A stretch of 64,000 nucleotides of DNA from Eledone cirrhosa (lineage: Eukaryota): assembly GCA_964016885.1 (NCBI GenBank), contig OZ024740.1, positions 57,970,001 to 58,034,000 of the forward strand, read 5' to 3'. Shown one piece after another: positions 17,323 through 30,495 of the stretch. Every line of letters starts with the position of its first letter. Position 1 is the stretch's first letter. The notes under the pieces are model-generated. The model saw nothing but the letters and a program-made list of their open reading frames with translations, had not been told where the DNA came from and did not search any database. Made by a program: the position numbers and the translations under genes.

Positions 17323-17385
17323 ATTATATTTTGTCTGATGAGGATGTACTGTTGTACCTCCGAAATATGTATAATAAAATGTAAT
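17323..17385 (+). ncRNA. Minimal type I hammerhead ribozyme
   Basis: AUUAUAUUUUGU-CUGAUGA-[GGAuGUAC/GUACcUCC]-GAAA-UAUGUA-UA^-AUAAAAUGUAAU, with a 12-bp stem I. Confidence 0.85.
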
Positions 17386-17420
17386 TGATCAAAAGAACAT
17401 CCATTTTATAAATATTTGGA

Positions 17421-17472
<52 letters not shown>

Positions 17473-17479
17473 TATATAT

Positions 17480-18135
17480 AAGGAGCGAAATATCACGATA
17501 TATTAACGGAGCCATAGACTCTCGTCATTCCCTGTAAATAATGTGCTCAAAGGAGAGGAAATCCTGAGCTCTTTAAAATACAATATGTTGAAAAGGTTAC
17601 ACACTAGAGAGTCTATGGCTCCGTTAATGTATCGTGATATTTTGCTCCTTATAACAGTCTTTCCTCTTACTCTGTTTGGTTGAGCACATTTCTCTGAGTG
17701 GTTTTGGGCTGCCCTTAAACACGCTGTGACTTCTCTCTCCCACGTGCAGCTGGACGGTCGCTTTAAAAATTCTCTTAGTGTTGTCTGAAATGTATAGCCT
17801 TACAAACGCTGATGAACCTGCGTTATTTCATTTGTCAACAACTTACTGGCGAAACGGATCACTTTTGATTTGTACGTGTGTTATATAGTTATAGAAGTAT
17901 TTATTTACGCTTTAATTTATATTTTAATTATCGTGTGTATACTCTGCCTTTCATAGGTTATAGATTCCATACACTGGTGGTTTTCCCCTGTTTTATCGAT
18001 AGCGCACTGTATCTCTCTCTAGTGTGTTACCTTTTCAACATATTGTATTTTAAAGAGCTCAGGATTTCCTCTCCTTTGAGCACATTATTTACAGGGAATG
18101 ACGAGAGTCTATGGCTCCGTTAATGTATCGTGATA
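17480..18135. mobile_element. Non-coding element with pseudo-LTR-like inverted and direct repeats (probably a PLE derivative)
   Basis: 17491-17610 is inverted to 18017-18135; 17607-17640 repeats the 18103-18135 end directly. Flanked by (TA)n; degenerate CTGATGA...CGAAAC at 17809-17860. Confidence 0.55.
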
Positions 18136-18143
18136 TATATATT

Positions 18144-20426
18144 TGGTTGATTGTGTATTGTCACCAATTTAGCGGAGAAGTGTATTTCGAGAGTTGTAAT
18201 GTCGCCACGAGGAACCAGGTTTGGTAGAAAGATATGATAGGAATATCGACAACGACTTTAGCTTGGTTTTACATTATTTATTAACAGAGGTTGAGCTGGC
18301 ATGCCAAGAGAAATAAAATAAATCAATTAAGATTACAAGAGAAAATACGGTCGACTGGCTGAGGCGTTTGGCCAGGTCCGTAGTAAAATTGTTGTGTCGT
18401 TACATATTGTTTGTGCTTACGGAGTAAAAGAACAAGTGGTGTTTACCTTAGCATGGTCAAGCTGCAAGTCTTAGATTTCTCAAATCTTCGCGGGCTATTT
18501 CTCTCTCAGAACGTGTAGGGATACATCCTCTTCTCCTGGCGCTGATTGGCTGACCTGAGCCAAATCACGCACAGAGAATGTATGTGAGCCCGCGGAATGT
18601 AGGTCACTACATCACCTCCGAACAGATTTTTAGCCGAAAATCGTTAACGATGAAGCCGAGGACCCACAGATTATTGAATCAGCAAGAACAAATGCTGAAA
18701 GAGTACATCAGTGAAAAAATAATTGAGCAGAAAGATGCATGCAAGAAGAAAAAAATGAGGCGCGACGGGCCGTGTTGAGCCGCTGTCAAATGACTAGCTG
18801 TTTTGTAGTTTATACGTGACCACCAAAGGTCTACCAGAAAACAGATAAAGTCTGACATGGGCGAAGTTGCTGTTCTTGCATTAAATGTTAATGGTAAGTG
18901 TTGTACCAGTAGCTGTGGACGAAGCTATTATGGTAGTTTACCAGTGCTGGCGAGAAAATGTGGCCTCCCAGATGTATTGCCGAATGTGCTAGGGAGCCAG
19001 GAAAAAATGGCTGGTTGCTTTGATAATAAAAAAAAAAAGCAAGTTGAATCTGTAGGTGTGTGTATATATGCAGGCATGTAATACAGCAAAGAAAATATGT
19101 GCGTGCGGTCACATATACAATGATAGAGAGAAATGAATGTTCATATAATACAGTTTAAAAAAAAAAAAAATGTCCAAAATAAATGCCTGAAAAAAAAAGG
19201 AAGAAAGAAAGAATTGTTTCTTTTCTTTTAACAAAAAGTTCGCTTCTTTTTTCTTTGGGAACGCTCTTACTAGGGAGCTAGTAGAGTTGTTGTTAAAGCA
19301 AAGTCACAATGAATCTTCTGTAGAGTCGAAGTCTAGCGTTGAAGAACCTAGCGTCACCAATATGGCAGCCACGTCTGACGCCATAATGGTGAGAAAACTA
19401 ATGTCTTAATTTCTCGAGTCCTTGTGGTAACGAGACAGAAGGTATGGTTGTTGCGTCGGTAAAGTTACAAGCCGTTCTCTGGTGTTGGTTAATAGTTAGC
19501 CATGTGTTGCTGCTGATGGGTGGTACTTGGTGGTAGCCGTTTTGAAATTTCCTCGTGGCATAAAGTTTTTGAAATACTGCTAATTTTTTTCTAAAAATAT
19601 TCGAAAGAAAATTCGAACAACAAAAAAAATGATTCTCCATGAAAATTATTCGGCAAGATGGCCGATTGAAAAATGCGCCTGTGATGAAGAAGCCGTCATG
19701 TAGCACGACGCAGCCAATCAGACGGCTGGGATCGAAGAAGACAAACTGTACGCGGGAAAACAAAATTTTTGAGTCTCCATTTGTAATTTTAACAGAATGT
19801 TGAAAGCAAAATTCTATATCCAGAGAAATCCTTTTTTTTTTTTTTTTTTTTTAATTTTTTTTTTTTGTGTTGTATTTTTGTGTTTGTATGCGTGCTTCAA
19901 CAAATGGAATATTATGAATTTTATAGATTTACGCTAAGTGAGTCTAGCTACCCGATTCGAACATTCCAAATGTTAAGCCATTCCACATTGCCGTTAAAAC
20001 GAATGGCGAATTCAAATAGGCTGCGTTTTCATCTTTGGTAGAGAGATAATGATAGGAATATCGACAACGACTTTAGCTTGGTTTTACATTATTTATTAAC
20101 AGAGGTTGAGCTGGCATGCCAAGAGAAATAAAATAAATCAATTAAGATTACAAGAGAAAATATGGTCGACTGGCTGAGGCGTTTGGCCAGGTCCGTAGTA
20201 AAATTGTTGTGTCGTTACATATTGTTTGTGCTTACGGAGCAAAAGAACAAGTGGTGTTTACCTTAGCATGGTCAAGCTGCAAGTCTTAGATTTCTCAAAT
20301 CTTCGCGGGCTATTTCTCTCTCAGAACGTGTAGGGATACATCCTCTTCTCCTGGCGCTGATTGGCTGAGCTGAGCCAAATCACGCACAGAGAATGTATGT
20401 GAGCCCGCGAAATGTAGGTAACTACA
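18144..20426 (-). mobile_element. Degenerate, internally deleted LTR retrotransposon
   Basis: Near-identical direct repeats ~18220-18611 and ~20035-20426, beginning TGTAG on the - strand; the left LTR appears to extend to ...AACCA at 18144. PPT-like GGAGGTGA precedes the 3' LTR. Frameshifted integrase-like ALVNYHNS..H.TATGTT near 18900-18950. Flanked by (TA)n. Confidence 0.75.
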
Positions 20427-21849
20427 TATATATATATATCATCATAATCATTTAACAACTATCTTCCACGCTAGCATGAGTTAGACGGGAATTGTCCCTC
20501 TTGAGGCAAAATTGATCGGGTGACCACGTCTCGCTCGTATAAGACTGTATCTGGCAGGTTTTCTACGGCTGGATGCCCTTCCTAACACCAACCACATTAA
20601 TAGTGTGGACTGGAAGCCTTTTTACCATGTCTCCTACGCGACCACCTTACAGCGTGGACTGGATGTTCTGTGGTACCAACATAACTTTACAGAGAAAGGG
20701 TGGTATTGGTGGGATGGCACACACACAGACAACGCATTTTATTTTATGTCAGTCATGTCATACATTCGCTATCCAATCAAAAGTTCCTGGGTTCTAACCC
20801 TACATTTGTCCATAAAATTATTTATCTAAAGTGACATATTTGCTGAACATTTATGTAATTATATTCTAGAAATAAATTATTAAAATATAATATTTATTTT
20901 AGACATTTACACGTATCAATAATCAACTCAACCAAAAGGTTTCTCTTATGCAAAACATTAATTTATCAAAGATTTTCCAGTTTGTTGATTGTTCTTCTAT
21001 CTGGTAAACCTGATATAAAAGGCAGAATAATCCTGGACTCCAAAAATTAAATTTGTGCAACACCATTTCCCTCATTATTGATGGCACAGGTCTACTAGTA
21101 TGTATATATATATATGCATGTGTGAGTGTGCATATATATACACACACATGCATGCATACATAAGTTAAATCTCCTTGAAATCACACCTCACCATCTTAGA
21201 AAAAGACATTGGATAATGTCATTCTGAGTTCCCTGCACATAGGGAAAAATATGGAATGGTCATAACTGGAATTCCTTTAACAGCCACATCTCTTTTAGAT
21301 CAAATCTTAGTAGTTAGAAAAGGAAATTACATTAAACAATGTGGTCTTGAATATACCCCCCCCCCCCCAACACTTCCCAAAATCATATTGGGAAATTGTC
21401 TTTGATCATGGGTCTGCTTGATAATGGATAACCACTCGTCTCCTTATCACTAAACCCAGATCCAACTCTACCATAAATGCTTACTAAGCTGCCACCTAGG
21501 GTGCTGACCTCCCAGAGGCACACTGTGGAATCTTAAAGAATCAGTTTTATACAAATTTGTATAATTAACAAAAGTCAGGTGGTGCTATTAAGTTAGACAT
21601 GGCTTGGGCCAATACTGGCTGAAACCTATCAAAGTTATGTAATTTCCTGTTATCAATAAATAAATAGCTAAATATTTTGGCTAATTAGTAGCCTTATGGC
21701 AATATTCAGTGATTGAGAGGGCAGTATGGTGTTATGATCTGTCTCATTATTTGGCATGGGTGAGTGTGGACAGTTATAGAAAATACTGGTTTAGTAATTT
21801 TCTTAGCAGGAAGTGTAAAAAAACTGGGTTTGTTGGCTTGCCAAACAGT

Positions 21850-22900
21850 AAAATTGAAATTAATTTGAGAGGATGGGATCGGTGGTCAGCTTCATGATGC
21901 CTGAAGTCTCTATACAAATGCCCTAGTATGTGTGTTTGGATAAATGGTGCTAAATCAAAATTATTTAATGTGGATGATGGATTTGACCAAGGGTATGTAG
22001 TGTTACCTTTCCTCTTCATAATATTCATGGACAGGATTGACATGTGTAGCTGAGTTAGAAGTGGTGGTATATGGGCAGTACTCCCACTATTTCTCAATGA
22101 CTTGAGGCATTGTGGACATTTGGTCGACTGTGTTGCATCAGTGGTGAAAACCACAATATTCATGAGCTAGTTTGAACTCAACAAACTCCTTTGCCAGACA
22201 ATTAGCATAGACTTTACAAACTCTTTGCCAGACCCTTAGCATAAACTTTACTGAAGGGGCTTAACAAGGAGACCCCTCTATAACTAGAGCAATCTCTCTT
22301 GTCTTCCTTTTTGGAATTGCCATTACAGAGAATATCTTCTCTATTTAAGGATTTTAACATCTCGGGCTCAATTTCATCCTCCCCAGCAGCCTTGCCACAT
22401 TTGAGCTTTTTAATTGCTCTTGTGACCTTAGTCATTACTCTTGAATACACCTTATGTACATCAGAAGATGTGTTTGGGTTTAGGAGATTGGCAACGTATT
22501 CTCTCCACCTCTCTGAAGAGAAGAGAACTCCAGACACATTCCTGATAGCAGGTGTCAAGGAAGACTTCTTATTATGAAGTTGGCAGATTGTCTGCCAGAA
22601 CATCTTTATTTGCTGATCTGAAGTCGGATTCCAGCTTAACCCCTAAGTCCTCCCATGTCTTAACTTTGGATTCCTATACTGTCTCTGTTGCAATTTTTCA
22701 TGCCTGCTTGTACTGCAAGTGCAAGAAGAACTTATTTCCAAGCCAAGCTTTATAGGCCTCCTTTGCTCAGATGGCCTCTTTGACCTCTTGATTGAACCAA
22801 TGGGTACTCCTTCCATCCGGTCCCATACCAAGCTTCTTATGCCTGCAGCATTTAACAGCTGAAGCAGAAACTGCTGTGCTGAACGATCTCCACTCCGTTT
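21850..22900. mobile_element. RTE-like LINE RT fragments in both orientations
   Basis: - strand: KKLKCGKAAGEDEIEPEMLK...KKEDKRDCSSYRGVSLLS. + strand: CVWINGAKSKLFNV...QGYVVLPFLFIIFMDRID. Confidence 0.75.
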
Positions 22901-24399
22901 CAATGTCCTCTGTTAGCTCAGGGAATTATCTGAATTAGTATCTGCATACCTGGTCCTGACTTCCTCATCCACCAACTCGACCACGGCTTGAGGGAAAAAA
23001 GGCAGTCAATAGGTCCCGAACCCTGATATGACGTCACTTGTCCTTCTCTTCCAGTAAGACGTCTTCGAACTTCTGACAGCCCCGTTACGACAGTCCCACA
23101 GTTACGATATTTTTGGAAGAAATGTCATGGTAGTTATATCTTATTATAATTCTGAAGATTCGTAATATTGAGCTCTTAATATTAAGAATGAAACATATGT
23201 AAATTAAAATGATATAGTTAGCAGTGTTTGATTTTAATTTTCAAAGTATTTCTTGCTCATAATCGTTCATATTAGGATTTGATACTTTTCTATAAACTTG
23301 TATGTAGCCTTATGTAAGTTTTATAAATCTCGTATTTTTAATTTTTATAACTTCACCTACAAATTATCTGTTTTCGTATTTCAAAACGAATTACCCTATA
23401 CTATTTATATGTTTAATTTTCTTGCCGATTTGATTCATTTTGTTTATTCACTTCCATGATACTTAGAACGTAAGATGACCAAATATGGACTTTCCTATTG
23501 GACAATGTATTTCCTGATATACAAAAAGATGAGTGGTTCTCAGAACGCCTTTGATCATTGTATATACTAAATGATTATATCGAGAAATTGCCGACCATGT
23601 TATTTTGGCTACCGAAATACGTGTTTCGTTCCAAGTTAGCCTTGATTAAGCAGACTCTATTCCAGCCTCCAACCTCCCGTTTCTTTCATATCCAGTACTA
23701 CATTTTACAAACGTGTTCGTTTTTTCAAGATGATGGACGTGATGTGAAGATTTTGCCTGCTATATCTAGTAGGTCGCACGACTACACAGAGGCTTCCTCG
23801 TTAGTGGGATCGAGGGATAGGGTATTTTGTGTTTTTTTACATTCTGAATTCAAATCACACTTTGCCTTTCACCATTCCAAATCGTTAAAAAAATATTTTA
23901 GTAAACTCTTATGGTGAATTGAATCGACTAACCCTACCCTAAACAAGTTTTAAATCATTACTTTAAGAATCGAGTGATTTGTTTAACTTCTACTTAGGAA
24001 GGTTTTTTTCTTCTTTTATATCTTTAAATACTTTGATCAAAGTTCACGGCGGAAATTGGATAGCTTTGTTTTATAATCACGATTTAGCTTCGTTTCGTGA
24101 TATTAACAAGCTTAATTACTAACGGTATTTTCTTTTCCTTTGTTAGTAGTTGTAGCCTAAGTCACTGATTGATTTGATATAATTTGCTTTTCAATTGCAT
24201 TAAGTCACGACTGTTTAGTCTGTAAATATCATTTCACCTACTACATATAATCTTTCTCCAAACCTTATTAGCTCGTTAACTATTTGATTAGGGATCTAGT
24301 CCATAGCTAGTCTTTTATTCTAGTTGTTATCTTTTTTAGATTAGCAGTAGAATTTCTTATTATCGTATTATGACTTACATGAATAATTGTCGATCCGCA

Positions 24400-25790
24400 A
24401 TGCACACAACTTCTGTCTCCTGTCCTCTTTCTACACTAGCTAGCAGCATACTGGTTGGATCTTGGCCAATCTGAACTGAATGCATCATTTAACATGCACA
24501 CACTTATCAATACCAGTAACTGATACAGCGAATACCTTAACCTCTTTCTTGCTTCTGAACATAGACTTTACCCAGTATCGTACTTACATAAGCGTTAAGT
24601 AGAGTGCAGTCCACGGATCCCTACCTAATAATAAAATATGTGGTTCTTTTTTTAAAGGTGCATGACTAACAGCACCAGATCTAGTTTGACTCGATGGAGT
24701 AAATATGGGCAACATCATCTTGGGGGTGTTAGGCTGTGCCTTGTCACTGATCATAAAATCAGAATGTGGAATTGGTTTGTGATGAACCTAACGTGATATG
24801 AACACGCTATCACATATTCTTTAATCCAGGTCGCCTAGTTGTTTTAATACTGTTCAGACTTTATCCGGCTATCGCTGTCTTTGTACACATTGGATCTTTT
24901 GGTCATTGCCTTACCAGGTAACATCTTAACGTACTGCACAGCATATCACACCCTTCAACCGTTATGTACTTCCAAGTCACTTGTCGAAGCTCTGTCGGTT
25001 ACATGCTGATTACTTCTGTCAGCAAATGTTTCACCTCTTACACACAACATCTAAACTAGTGACCTACTAACACCATCTGAAAAGCTTTTTCATACCACCA
25101 AAATGTCAGTGATATTCCCCGAAAAAGCACTTCGTGCATTGCATACATATTCCCACTCTTTCCAAATTGTATCAGACCCCTCTGGTCCCTGTTAAGAAAG
25201 TTTCTATCTACATTGCAGTATATCCACGCACGTCACTCTTCAGCCAAGATGGCTCTGCAAGTGGCGATCCATTTTCCCAAAACCACCATATTCCGTGCCT
25301 GTTTTTTTTCCAACTCTATACAATAAACCTTCTTTCACCTCCACTATGTACACGCAATGGCTAAGTTTGAAAACATCTCCGTTAGCGTCATTACAACAAA
25401 GCTGCCCTAATGTGCTCTAGACTTAGCGGCTATCTTACAAAATACATGTCTCTTTCTTTAGTAGAATTTACCTCAATCTGCAAATCTTTATAGCTCAATC
25501 TGAAAAGCTTTATAGTATAACCCATTTCCAAGATGAGCAGTCACTCCAACCCTGTCAACTATCAACCGATAGCCCCTACTTAAAACATTTCAAACGCAAT
25601 CGAAAGAGCTATAAACAACATTGAGCCTCCTACGCACACCCCTCGCTCTCTAGACACAATCATTGTAACTCCCCCACGAGTTCTCATCTTATGAAGGCAG
25701 TGTTGTTAGACTTAACACGAGCAAAGGGTTTAACGGTCTCTGGTAAGAAAACCTAGTTAGGTTTCCTGCCAATGGTTTCTATCCATCTCT
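24400..25790 (+). mobile_element. Highly decayed CR1/Jockey-like LINE remnant
   Basis: PVNYQPIA.L...S...ERAIN-like RT motif near 25550; the rest is heavily frameshifted and the boundaries are uncertain. Confidence 0.35.
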
Positions 25791-26849
25791 TCCATCAGAA
25801 ATTTCGGCGATATCCAATTTTAGCGGCCTAAATGCCGCTTACTTGCTGTAGTTGCTGCTTACTTCAATGTATGAGGCTATTCCAACAAATTTACATTCCC
25901 TTTTTTTAGCCGTTAAAAGAAATATAGATTTATTTATTTTTTTTTTTTTGCGATTTATTTGCCACTGGGGCATAGATTTCTTTATTTGCCACGTTTTTGT
26001 TTGTTTGTTTGTTTTTTTGCGATTTATTAGCCTTTTGGGGTCACACACCCCCGTAGAAAGTGTGCGACCTTTCTGCCAGGGAGCACAGAGAGAGGGGGTG
26101 CTCCCTTCTTCTCTTACCTGTACAAGCCGATATAGAGAGATGACTCACTTACACGGGCCATTATTGCTACTTTCACCCATCTTTCATGGAATTGGCTGGG
26201 ACTGAGTGCCTTTTTCTCCACCTTGATCCTTCTTTCGAAGTGGTATCGGAAGAAGAGGACCATTTGTTGGCCGGCGACATATCCCCACAGTTTCCTCGTT
26301 GCAAACGCATCTGGGACATTTCTTTTCCAAAGGGTTTCCGTCCCGGAATCCGTGTCTGTAGAGCCTTTCCCGAACGGGCAGGACCCCTCGGTATAATAGT
26401 AAGTATTACTGGTTGTAATAAAAATGCAATCAAAATGTTATAAATATCTTCACTGATTTATTTCCTTATATTATCAACAGAAGTTGGTATGTTACCCAAA
26501 GTTCGCTTTGTATGTTACCGAATAGCAGTGAATTTTGATAAAACTGTTTCTAATTCCTTCTCCACAGTAAGACGAATATCCATGTGTAGTTGAAGAGGAT
26601 AAGTATGAAAGAACAGTCATTTAAATTTACAGGTGGACAGATGTGGTGTTTGAGATATATAGAAAAATAATTATTTACAGAAAAAGAAAATAATAATAAA
26701 GAATTATTATAATTTTTTTAAAGATTTATATCTTTTTGGACTTTTGGAAGCAAATTTTAAACTGTATGTCGCAACAATAAAAAAGAAAAAAATATTTCTT
26801 TAAACAATATATTGTTCCGATATACAGTTTAAAATCTTTGGGAAACATC

Positions 26850-27716
26850 TACCGCCTCCACTCATAAAGCTGTCATTTCGCCACCGCCACATGAATTCAT
26901 TCAAATATAACTGAAACATGGGTCGGCTAGTGCCATTTATTTTTTTTATTTTTTTTTGGCATGAGACCAGAGTCCTTCAATGTGTTGGGTATGCGTTCCT
27001 GATACCGGATCGACAAAATTTAGTGAATGATTCACTGTAGAGTGCTAATTATTAACAGGCATATGTCGTATGGCATTGTACGCACGCCATTGGTCCGTAT
27101 GTATCATGGATCGACTCAGCACATGGTTTTGTATAATGGGTAGCAGGGTCTCAGCAGTGCGATCTGGGACTTCTTCAAGAAAACATTTTCTGGGATTATT
27201 GGTATCGATCCCACCAATGACCCAATGGCCTTCATGCCAGGTCCCACGAGCGTACTTTCGATGAAAGTATTTACTTTCATCGATTTGTACAACTATTGGG
27301 ACCCCGGCATCATCCATTCCACCGAGTTTTGATGGGTTTCGCTCCACCCATTCACTGCACACGTCCCGTAAAAAGTTGCACCAGTCAGTAATGGTGTTTT
27401 CACTACAGCGAATCTCGTCAGCAATAAGAATATTTTCGGAACCAATTGACCAGAAGTAAATCATATAAATCATTTGATGTAAATCTAAGTGGCTTCGAAA
27501 AAAAAATGACCCAGAACGGACAGATTTTTTTAAACTGCATACCTTACATTTCCATAGAAATTGGTCGATTCCTTATTTGTAACTTACAAACGAACAGGAA
27601 ATATTACATGAAGGACAGTTCATAGTGTTTGAAACTAATCGGTTCCGAGCCATAAATTCAATAATACTGAGTTTGTTTGCAGTTAAAATCGCCAGTTCCG
27701 TCATTTTCAAATCCAT
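26850..27716 (-). pseudogene. Merlin DDE transposase, disrupted
   Basis: CPSC...WKCKVC zinc finger, [74 protein letters not shown]. In-frame stops near 27575 and at 27045. Confidence 0.9.
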
Positions 27717-28736
27717 ATTTAACGTCTGCTGTGATGAATTAACATTTTCAACAATGAAAATTGGTGCAGGTGGACGTCCAGGAATTTTCTTTATTCAGCA
27801 ATTCCAAAACAGGGTTGTAATTTATAACAGCAATCTGGTTGGTGGTACAGTGTTCAATGAATGTTTTCGAACAAATGAATTTCAGTTTAAAATCAATTAT
27901 AAGATAACAGAACTATGTTATTTCACCTTTAATAATATCTGCATTGAAATGACCGGCAGGGAGCTAATTATGCCAATTGGTGGAAAATACCCAAAGATTA
28001 TGTATATTAATATGTTTCACTTTATGAATTTCAGTTTAAAATCAATTATAAGATAATCACCGACAGAGGGCTAATATTTATAATTTTGGGTTATTTTCCA
28101 CAATAAAGTGAAACTTATATTAATATACATAATCTTTGGGTATTTTCCACGAATTGGCATAACTAGCTCCCTGCCGGTTACTTCAATGCAGATATTATTA
28201 AAGGTGAAATAACATAGTTATGGCACTAGCCGACCCATGTTTCCGTCATATTTGAACGAATTCATGTGGCGGTGGCGAAATGACAGCTTTATGAGTATCG
28301 GAACAATATATTGTTTAAAGAAATATTTTTTTCTTTTTTATTGTTGCGATATACAGTTTAAAATTTGCTTCCAAAAGTCCAAAAAGATATAAATCTTTAA
28401 AAAAATTATAATAATTCTTTATTATTATTTTCTTTTTGTGTAAATAATTATTTTTCTATAATATCTCAAACCCTGCCAAACATCATATCTGTCCACCTGT
28501 AAATTTAAATGACTGTTCTTTAATACTTATCCTCTTCAACTACACATGGATATTTGTCTTACTGTGGAGAAGGAATTAGAAACAGTTTTATCAAAATTCA
28601 CTGCTATTCGGGAACATACAAAGCGAACTTTGGGTGACATACCAACTTCTGTTGATAATATAAGGAAATAAATCAGTGAAGGTATTTATTACATTTTGAT
28701 TGCATTTTTATTACAACCACTAATACTTACTATTAT

Positions 28737-29120
28737 ACCGAGGGGCCCTGCCCGTTCGGGAAAGGCTCTACAGACACGGATTCCGGGACGGAAACCCTTT
28801 GGAAAAGAAATGTCCCAGATGCGTTTGCAACGAGGAAACTGTGGGGATATGTCGCCGGCCAACAAATGGTCCTCTTCTTCCGATACCACTTCGAAAGAAG
28901 GATCAAGGTGGAGAAAAAGGCACTCAGTCCCAGCCAATTCCATGAAAGATGGGTGAAAGTAGCAATAATGGCCCGTGTAAGTGGGCCATCTCTCTATATC
29001 GGCTTGTACAAGTAAGAGAAGAAGGGAGCACCCCCCTCTCTCTGTGCTCCCTGGCAGAAAGGTCGCACACTTTCTACGGGGGTGTGTGACCCCAAAAGGC
29101 TAATAAATCGCAAAAAAACA
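28737..29120 (+). mobile_element. Tx1/L1-like LINE 3' fragment inside the Merlin arm (mirror copy ~26010-26390, - strand)
   Basis: RGALPVRERLYRHG...CPRC...EETV (zf-RVT-like), then FFRYHFERRIKVEKKALSPSQFHERWVKV, a hairpin, AATAAA and an A-rich tail. Confidence 0.7.
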
Positions 29121-29440
29121 AACAAACAAAAACGTGGCAAATAAAGAAATCTATGCCTCTGGCAAATAAATCGCAAAAAAAAAACAATAAATAAATCTAT
29201 ATTTCTTTTAACGGCTAAAAAAAAGGGAATGTAAATTTGTTGGAATAGCCTCATACATTGAAGTAAGCAGCATTTAGTCCACTAAAATTGGATATCGCCC
29301 TTATATGTTCAAATACATTCTAGCCATGCCCTTCTTTTTCTAAGATGGGACGTGAGGGGTATTTGGCTGCTATTTCTAGCAGATTACAAGACCCCATAGT
29401 CTCCCTAGTTGGTTCGTTTCAATTTGGATGGCAGATTTTT

Positions 29441-30037
29441 GGCAATGTCATGGTATTAGCTGTCAGAAGTGAAAGTAGAAGGTGACGTCATTCGTCAACC
29501 TTCTCAATCGTTTATTTCCGTATCACTAAGAGATACGTTTACGATGAGATACACTTATTAAAAAAAATATGGGTACCAAATAACCACGTAATTTTCGAAT
29601 GTGCATTAAAAACTACACTAGCTGTTACAATTGTAATTAACGTGTAAGCAAAAGCTTAGATAACAATAAAGTATATCGATGTAAGTGGAATTAACTTAAA
29701 TGAAAATATAGGTGGCCTTTAAAAGGGCCGGTGTTGAAACAAGTCATGGTTATCAAATTAGAAAACATTTAAGTTCAACACCGGCCCTTTTAAGGGCCAC
29801 CTATATTTTCATTTAAGTTCTTATACGTTAATTACAATTGTAACAGCTAGTGAAGTTTTTAATGCACATGTTAAATAAGATTGTATATTATCGTTTCTCT
29901 CGAAAATTACGTGGTTATTTGGTACCCATAAATAAAATCATAAACGTAAATAAACACGTGGTGATACGGAAATAAACGATTGAGAAGGTTGACGAATGAC
30001 GTCGCCTTCTTTCGGACAGCTAATACCATGACTGTGG
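29441..30037. mobile_element. Fold-back MITE (GGCA(C/A)TGTCATGGTATTAGCTGTC TIR family)
   Basis: Almost the whole element is an imperfect palindrome centred near 29750; same TIR as 33128-33351. Confidence 0.85.
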
Positions 30038-30495
30038 GACCCCTTTTTTTCTATTAAACTGTATTTACATGATACATTCCATAAATAAAATAATATATAT
30101 AGTTATAAAATACTATATTTGAATTTCAAATTCTTAAAAGCCCGCGGAATGTAGGTCCCTACAGACGCAACACACATCACTATAACGTTTCACCAGGCCC
30201 TTCCTTCTGTTGCCTTGATAAGGCGAGCCGCTAAATGAAGTTGTAGCCTCTTTTTGTTCTTTACGTTTCGCTGACAGTAGTTGTACACAAACAGAAATAT
30301 AGTACGTCAGTATTCTTGTGGCAGAGTATATACACAAAATATGCATATTTTGTTTATTTTCGAAGAAGTACAAAATGTTTTGTTGTTTACATTTCCATTT
30401 TCAATTTTTCGTCTAGAAATTTCCTTTTCATTTTAACAGAACTCAAATAGGTCTGTATCAAATAAATACTATCGGAGGATTTATCAAATAAGTTC

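Larger units (their letters stand above)
25806..29299 (-). mobile_element. Merlin (IS1016/ISXO2-like) DNA transposon with ~1.1-kb inverted arms
   Basis: Termini GGCGATATCCAATTTTAG...CTAAAATTGGATATCGCC; arms 25806-26936 and 28220-29299; central transposase. No matching TSD seen. Confidence 0.88.

Noticed and set aside
26173-26443. Duplicated 85-86 aa ORFs (also 28689-28956) as a novel gene pair
   Set aside because: They are alternative frames of the LINE fragment duplicated in the transposon arms.
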